IMG/VR virus record: IMGVR_UViG_3300024254_000024
Location: 1-28,302 of that record
Reading direction: 5' to 3' (one strand)
Length of the DNA stretch: 28,302 bases
Source: a virus
Lineage: Duplodnaviria > Caudoviricetes
How positions within the stretch are numbered: position 1 is the stretch's first letter; the number at the start of each line of letters is the position of its first letter. Both the position numbers and the translations under genes were made by a program. The notes below the pieces were generated by a model. The model had not been told where the DNA came from and did not search any database. It saw only the letters and a program-made list of their open reading frames with translations. Positions 23,691 through 28,302 of this stretch are shown here, in pieces.

Positions 23691-24194
23691 CTACGGCCAC
23701 AAGATCATGATAGGGATAGCTGCGCAGGCCGCCTGATCAGTATCCCCTGTGAACTTTAGGATAGTCCCTTCTATTCTACACCACTGCACCAGGCCTCCGA
23801 GAGTCTGGAGTCCTGGGAAACCGTAACCTTGTTGCTCGGGGGCGAGAGCTTTCTCAACTGCTTCCAACATAGTTGTGATATACTGTGTTCCGAGTTCATT
23901 GGGGTCTCCGCTAGCTACACGGGCCCAACAGAACAAACGTGCTTGTAAAGTTCGTATGGCTGGGAGCCTGTTCCCATGCTGTTCGTATTTCTCCGTTGGC
24001 CCTTCAAACTGCGATAGGAAGGGCATCTGCTCTGCGGAGATCTGCGAGTAGTCAACCGCCTTCCGTATCGACCCCTGCCACGTAGTCTTCTCTAGGACAG
24101 GACGGTCGAAGACCACATCCTTGACCTTCGCGAACAAAGCTTCGAAGATCTGCTCGCGAGATGTGGCGGTCGAAGTCTGGCCGAACCCCATCAT
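23691..24194 (-). CDS. Tail terminator / completion protein
   Basis: REQIFEALF...LEAVEKALAP...TLGGLV..C.IEG motif; directly upstream of the tube gene. Confidence 0.75.
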   Translation of the reverse strand: MMGFGQTSTATSREQIFEALFAKVKDVVFDRPVLEKTTWQGSIRKAVDYSQISAEQMPFLSQFEGPTEKYEQHGNRLPAIRTLQARLFCWARVASGDPNELGTQYITTMLEAVEKALAPEQQGYGFPGLQTLGGLVQWCRIEGTILKFTGDTDQAACAAIPIMILWP

Positions 24195-24781
24195 GACAGG
24201 CGAGCTCTCGAGATGGCTGCAGCAACTGCGGCGTTCAGGTCGTTCTCAGTTGCCTTGGCCAAGTCTGTGAGTGCGGATATCATATAGTGGTACCCAACCA
24301 TCTGGGCACCTGGGTGGTTGACAGCGAACGCGAGTATCATGTCGCCGAACGATCTTCCTTCGAATTCCAGGTCTCCGAAGTTCTTAAGAGTCGCAATTGG
24401 GAAATACAAGGCCTCAGCAGTTCTGGGCAGGATCCTGTGAGGTCTGATCACACCTCCGAGCTCGAGGATACGTGCGTACGGTACGGCTTCGGTATCCATG
24501 AAGACCGAGCCGACGATCGACGTCCCATCCCGGTACACAGCTGTACTAACCGTATCGCGCAGACGAACGTGTGGAGGCCTCTCATTGAGGTGAGAGGTTC
24601 CGAACATCGTGACGATATTCCGGCGAACCTGGTCTGCAAGCGCACCTACGATGCGACGCATAACCATCTCGACTTCCTTGTCGAGAATGTCTGGCAGGTT
24701 CTGGAACCGCTCGCTGAGTTCCGAGGTATCAACTGAAAGGTTGAAACCGTCACCAGTGCGGTTGAAAACTTCTACAGCCAT
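24191..24781 (-). CDS. Neck / tail-completion protein (HK97 gp10-like)
   Basis: LR.TV...YARILELGG.I.PH...V.HPG motif; position. Confidence 0.75.
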   Translation of the reverse strand: MAVEVFNRTGDGFNLSVDTSELSERFQNLPDILDKEVEMVMRRIVGALADQVRRNIVTMFGTSHLNERPPHVRLRDTVSTAVYRDGTSIVGSVFMDTEAVPYARILELGGVIRPHRILPRTAEALYFPIATLKNFGDLEFEGRSFGDMILAFAVNHPGAQMVGYHYMISALTDLAKATENDLNAAVAAAISRARLS

Positions 24782-24906
24782 GTTAGAAACTTACAGACCT
24801 GGATTCCTGTTTCGATGAAGACTGCATAGGCTAGGATTGAAAGTACTACGATGATCAGTACTGCTAGGTGTGGAGGTAACCTCTCTTCACTTTGGATCTG
24901 GTACAT
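24772..24906 (-). CDS. 44-aa single-TM peptide; not in ORF track
   Basis: MYQIQSEERLPPHLAVLIIVVLSILAYAVFIETGIQVCKFLTWL*; GGAGG SD 6 nt upstream; fills the adaptor-neck gap. Confidence 0.6.
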   Translation of the reverse strand: MYQIQSEERLPPHLAVLIIVVLSILAYAVFIETGIQVCKFLTWL

Positions 24907-24952
24907 GACATACCTCCGGGGCTGAAGGGATGTGCTGCGCTTTCCATAGTGG

Positions 24953-25882
24953 TCATAGTGGTAGGATGGACCTGAACCTGTCTAGGACGGGCTTGACATA
25001 TTTCGGCCACTCGTCGTCCATGTATCTCGTAGTGACTTGCTGGTTCATCGACCGAGACACTTCTCCGATGTGACCTCTGTATAGCCAGCGCTCGCAAGTG
25101 CACTCGATACAAACCTGCTCTAGAGCGAACGGTATGAAACCGTACGAGATGAGAACCTCTACTCCTTGGTCTCCGCCAGGACCTGTAAAGAATTCGTACC
25201 CTCCCGAGCCGGTTAATGGTTGCCCTCGGTCGGCTACGATGATACGGTACTGGCCTGCAGTTGTCGGAGCTGTGGTGACTTTGGTAAGAGGAGTCTTGTC
25301 TGCGTCGTTATAGGTAACCTTGACGTCTGATCCCCAAATCCCCTGAGGCCCGTCAACTTCCACTTGGGACGTTGTTGAGACCCCGGATGCCTCTGGGATT
25401 GTGTGAAGCTCATCGTCAACTCTGTAGCCTGCGGTATAGTCAATCTGAATGTTGAGGTTGCCTCTCCAGAAGCGACTACCTACTAGGTCGATATGCTGCG
25501 GACCTCCTGGAGGAACGCCGTCCCAAGTCTCATACCTGTAGCCGAACGTGGGCCCTGAGGTAGATCCCTGAGTGGGTCCTGTAGGAGCTGGTGGAATTGC
25601 TTGGATAGCCTGGCTACCCACAACCACTCGCTCAACTGAGAGTACTGGCCAGTTTCTCATGAACTGCAGTGGACCTCCGTTGCCGTCGTACTGATCAGAG
25701 TACGACTTAGGGAGGATCCAAGGACGCTCCAACTCAGCAAGGATCGCACCTGACCAGCGACTGATCAAGCGAGACAGGGTAGCGTCAATATCTGTTTGGG
25801 CATTACTATCCGGTGAGGTATAGTTCTGCGTGACCAACCAGGATTTGACGTTCTTCAGAGTCGTTAGGTCGCCTTCTCTCAT
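24953..25882 (-). CDS. Head-tail adaptor (HK97 gp6 / SPP1 gp15-like) with inserted beta domain
   Basis: DLTTL..VK.WL, D..L..LI, P...V..V, NI.I.YTAGY, P..LEQ..IE, V..VL.RFR motifs. Confidence 0.85.
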   Translation of the reverse strand: MREGDLTTLKNVKSWLVTQNYTSPDSNAQTDIDATLSRLISRWSGAILAELERPWILPKSYSDQYDGNGGPLQFMRNWPVLSVERVVVGSQAIQAIPPAPTGPTQGSTSGPTFGYRYETWDGVPPGGPQHIDLVGSRFWRGNLNIQIDYTAGYRVDDELHTIPEASGVSTTSQVEVDGPQGIWGSDVKVTYNDADKTPLTKVTTAPTTAGQYRIIVADRGQPLTGSGGYEFFTGPGGDQGVEVLISYGFIPFALEQVCIECTCERWLYRGHIGEVSRSMNQQVTTRYMDDEWPKYVKPVLDRFRSILPL

Positions 25883-25887
25883 TTTGG

Positions 25888-26088
25888 TCAGGTGGCTTGA
25901 GTGTGGGGCATTAATGAGACAATACAGAAAGTAACGATGGCAACTAGTATGGATACAAGAGCGATCACCATGATAGCAACGACGACAGGAGAACCGTCTC
26001 CGGAACTCCTGCCCTCTTTGTCGTGGTGGGCTCCTCCGAGGTCATGATCTTCATCGTCTCCGAAGGGATCATGATCTGGAGGAGCCAA
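25888..26088 (-). CDS. Possible small membrane peptide (TTG 26088, 66 aa; or ATG 25971, 27 aa)
   Basis: Hydrophobic run VVVAIMVIALVSILVAIVTFCIVSLM; weak SD; the 5' part overlaps RNA hairpins. Confidence 0.4.
   Translation of the reverse strand: MAPPDHDPFGDDEDHDLGGAHHDKEGRSSGDGSPVVVAIMVIALVSILVAIVTFCIVSLMPHTQAT
25986..26074 (-). promoter_or_regulatory. Two CG-GAGA-CG tetraloop hairpins 3' of the capsid gene
   Basis: 26042-26074: UCAUGAUC-CCU-UCG-GAGA-CGA-UGAA-GAUCAUGA. 25986-26011: CAGGAG-UU-CCG-GAGA-CGG-UU-CUCCUG. Confidence 0.7.
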
Positions 26089-26110
26089 TTCTGCTCGTCT
26101 AGGCGCCGTG

Positions 26111-27658
26111 CTACGCGTTCGGGATGTTCGTAATGACGAACATCGCGAAGGGTGCGTAGATCGCGAGCACCTCTTCAGCGTACACACCGTACTCACGCTG
26201 GCGAGTGACCAACGGCCAATCGATACGGTAGTAGTCACGACGGACCTTCATTTCAGCCACGTTCGGGACCTCGTTCGACTGGTACCACGGAGGCAGACGC
26301 TCGCACCACCCGAGGATCGTGCCCGGCGGGATGTCGGGATGGATCTTGACGGGCAGTTTGTAGCCGCCTTCGTGGGAGAACGGGTTGTAGTAGTAGTCGA
26401 TCACGCCACCAGCAGTGATCGCGTACGGCCCACCCGGCGTTGAATTGGCGTCGTACCGCAGCAGAGGACCTGAGGTGTTTGACAGGACCTTGTCCGAGAT
26501 GAGACGCTGTTCACGCGAGTTGACGTACAGCACTGACGGGCCCAGGTTGAACTGGTCCCACATGCTCTCCAGCACCGTGTCGATCTCGACGATGGAGCCG
26601 CGCCCGGAAGCGGTCAAGGCGGACGGGACGCCATTCGCACCCTGAGTCATGTAGGTGACGATTGCGTTGTTGTCCGGGTTGAACGCGTACGAGAACAGAC
26701 CGTCGTAGGCGAGCTCGGGATTGGTCGAGTGATCGCCAGAGACCGCAGTCGCCGCCTGAGTCCCTGTGAGCAGTGGAACGGTCCAGGAGCCGTTGGCCTG
26801 GGTCGTGATCTGCTGCAGGATCTCGTTGCCTGCTGTGCCGATGAACCACGCATAAGCCAGCGCACCCGGGACCGGAGTGGTCCAGTAGTACAAGTTCTGG
26901 CCGAGCGTGATCGCCTGGCTGGCTGCCGATGACCGGTTGGACGAGCCACCATTCAGGGTGAAGTTCTTACCGTCGGCGCCCGTGATGACCTTCGTCGTGG
27001 CAACGCCGCCCGTAATGCTGGAGTTCTTCCAGCCTTCGAGCGTCAGAGCTACGACGATGACCGAGTAGGTTGCTGACGGCAGGGTACCTCCGGTGCCTGC
27101 GGCGGCGGTCGACGGCGTATCCGGAGTGCCGAGCTGCAAGGTAGCATTCCCACCGAGGATGCCGATTTCTTCCTTCCGCATCATCTTCTGCAGAAGACGG
27201 AAAGTGACCATCGCATTCTCGTCTTCGAAGCCTTCAGCGGCTGCCTCTGCTTCGAAGGTCAGGTTGTCTTCCTCGCCGAGCGTGACGTAGGTCTTCGCCA
27301 TCGGGATGGACGTATAGTTCATCACGCCTGAACGCTGACCTTCCGGAACCCACCCCATGGCGTCGTATCCGGAGCCGATGAGAGCCCGGATGGTCTTCCA
27401 GTGTGCTGCGTCGCCCGGATGCTGCGTACCGGCGCCTCGCGGGCCAACACGCGGGATCGAGTTCCGAAGCGGGGTGATCGTCGGGTAAATGTTCTTCGCC
27501 GGGATTTCCAGGTTGTACCAGGTAAGGCCCGTCGCGATCGTAACGCCCTTCTGCAGGCCTCCACCTCGCAGAAGTTCACCATCAAGGGGCTGACCGAGTG
27601 ACCCCTTCATCATGTCGATGGTATCGCGGGAGATTTCCGCGGTGATTGGGCTAGGCAT
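26111..27658 (-). CDS. Major capsid protein (HK97 fold inferred) with T/G/A-rich insertion domain, 515 aa
   Basis: GL..Y.LE.PAK.IYP..TPLRN.IPRV, G.V.EG.R, EE..ILGGN, IHP..PPGTI, RDYY...WP...R..EYGVY..EVL..YAP. ATG 27658 with GAGGA SD; biased codons; upstream of the adaptor. Confidence 0.88.
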   Translation of the reverse strand: MPSPITAEISRDTIDMMKGSLGQPLDGELLRGGGLQKGVTIATGLTWYNLEIPAKNIYPTITPLRNSIPRVGPRGAGTQHPGDAAHWKTIRALIGSGYDAMGWVPEGQRSGVMNYTSIPMAKTYVTLGEEDNLTFEAEAAAEGFEDENAMVTFRLLQKMMRKEEIGILGGNATLQLGTPDTPSTAAAGTGGTLPSATYSVIVVALTLEGWKNSSITGGVATTKVITGADGKNFTLNGGSSNRSSAASQAITLGQNLYYWTTPVPGALAYAWFIGTAGNEILQQITTQANGSWTVPLLTGTQAATAVSGDHSTNPELAYDGLFSYAFNPDNNAIVTYMTQGANGVPSALTASGRGSIVEIDTVLESMWDQFNLGPSVLYVNSREQRLISDKVLSNTSGPLLRYDANSTPGGPYAITAGGVIDYYYNPFSHEGGYKLPVKIHPDIPPGTILGWCERLPPWYQSNEVPNVAEMKVRRDYYRIDWPLVTRQREYGVYAEEVLAIYAPFAMFVITNIPNA

Positions 27659-27691
27659 GTTCGTGGTTCCTCGCCCCCCGTCCAAGGGTGG

Positions 27692-27712
27692 CTAGCTGGT
27701 GTTGTCGGGCAT
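27692..27712 (-). other. 6-codon leader ORF (MPDNTS*) with AAGGAGG SD, in frame with the capsid gene
   Basis: AAGGAGG at 27725-27719, 6-nt spacer, ATG 27712, TAG 27694-27692; 54 nt upstream of the capsid ATG. Confidence 0.55.
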
Positions 27713-27724
27713 GCAAGACCTCCT

Positions 27725-27858
27725 TTAGGTGGGTCATCGTCTCCGAGCCATACCTAAGTAGGGTTGAACCTAGACAGTCTCTTCAGGAGATGAGGTCGTC
27801 CCCGAGCTCATCTGCATCTGAGTACTGCCGCGAGTACCTCCGACGTCTCCGTCGGAGG
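27725..27858 (-). promoter_or_regulatory. Three CG-GRGA-CG tetraloop hairpins in the capsid 5' leader
   Basis: 27837-27858: CCUCCGACG-GAGA-CGUCGGAGG. 27788-27813: AGAUGAG-C-UCG-GGGA-CGA-C-CUCAUCU. 27725-27757: UUAGGU-AUGGC-UCG-GAGA-CGA-UGACCC-ACCUAA. Confidence 0.7.
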
Positions 27859-27879
27859 AATTGATAGGCACCAGAGGCA

Positions 27880-28302
27880 TCAGTGGCGCCCGTAGTACCT
27901 CGTCATGCTCCCGGTCTCGCCCATCTTGAGAGTCTCGCCTTGACCCTCCTTGTCAGCGATGGCGACCTGAGCAGTTCCGGTTGCAGGAGCCTTCGTCGGG
28001 AACCTCGTGAGAGTTCCTGGCTGACTATGCTCTGAGATGATCCCTGGAGTCTTGGTCTGCTCAGAGACCCGACCTCCCGTAGGTGTGATAACGGGGTCCA
28101 GCTGGTGTGTCCCTGGATAGAACCGGAGGTCGCTGTATTGACCGACCATCGCCTGCGGGAGCGGCCAAGTGAACTCTCCACGGCCTTCACCGTGGCAGAC
28201 ACCTTGCACCCAATAACCTTCGGCGCCGTCGGCAAACACGAGACCGTTCACGTCCGAGTTCTCGGTGGGATTGTCACCCCAGACCCTCAGGATCAGCATT
28301 GG
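27880..28302 (-). CDS. Hypothetical head-module protein, probably 5'-truncated
   Basis: Frame is open to the window edge; same strand as, and upstream of, the capsid gene; no recognised motif. Confidence 0.55.
   Translation of the reverse strand, partial: PMLILRVWGDNPTENSDVNGLVFADGAEGYWVQGVCHGEGRGEFTWPLPQAMVGQYSDLRFYPGTHQLDPVITPTGGRVSEQTKTPGIISEHSQPGTLTRFPTKAPATGTAQVAIADKEGQGETLKMGETGSMTRYYGRH

Larger units (their letters stand above)
1..28302. mobile_element. Tailed dsDNA bacteriophage genome segment (siphovirus-like; replication arm and virion morphogenesis arm converging)
   Basis: Syntenic capsid-adaptor-neck-terminator-tube-chaperone-TMP-Dit-hub-NlpC-tip-fibre order on the - strand; phage-type PolA on the + strand; no sheath gene and no host housekeeping genes. 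Free phage versus prophage cannot be decided from this window. Confidence 0.95.

Noticed and set aside
26089-26238. 116-aa ORF start inside the capsid gene, or a +1 frameshift adding a TM tail to the capsid
   Set aside because: No evident shift site or SD; a membrane-anchored capsid extension has no support.
25986-27858. Hairpin repeats as a CRISPR mini-array or tRNA
   Set aside because: Only the 8-13 nt apex is shared, spacing is irregular, and there is no cloverleaf or cas gene.
1-28302. Genome-wide TAG recoding (prompted by the capsid leader amber)
   Set aside because: Long genes are intact in the standard code and several end properly in TAG (stops at 6109, 8811, 11086, 11607, 23691, 26111).

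Overview
A 28.3 kb segment of a tailed dsDNA phage (siphovirus-like; Alphaproteobacteria-type host inferred from the GTA-like DUF2460/DUF2163/NlpC-P60/tail-tip module and a PEP-CTERM gene). Two arms converge near 4.2 kb. The + arm (1-4252) carries a partial TGT-like TIM-barrel gene translationally coupled to a family A DNA polymerase with an N-terminal uracil-DNA-glycosylase domain, two small ORFs and a PEP-CTERM protein. The - arm (28302 to 4212) is the late operon: capsid, adaptor, neck, terminator, tail tube, frameshifted tail chaperones, tape measure with an M15-type peptidase domain, two tandem Dit paralogues with different adhesin-like extensions, hub, NlpC/P60, tail tip and a Ser/Thr-rich repeat fibre. 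It ends with a glycosyltransferase, a degenerate methyltransferase, a lipoprotein, a winged-helix protein and a 2-TM peptide. Most notable: (1) five related CG-GRGA-CG tetraloop hairpins bracketing the capsid gene, with an in-frame 6-codon leader ORF; (2) a fibre-GT-MTase cassette suggesting virion glycosylation; (3) a TGT-like/UDG-PolA pair with unusual polymerase substitutions; (4) a phage PEP-CTERM protein. All family calls come from motifs recognised by eye; no database search was run.
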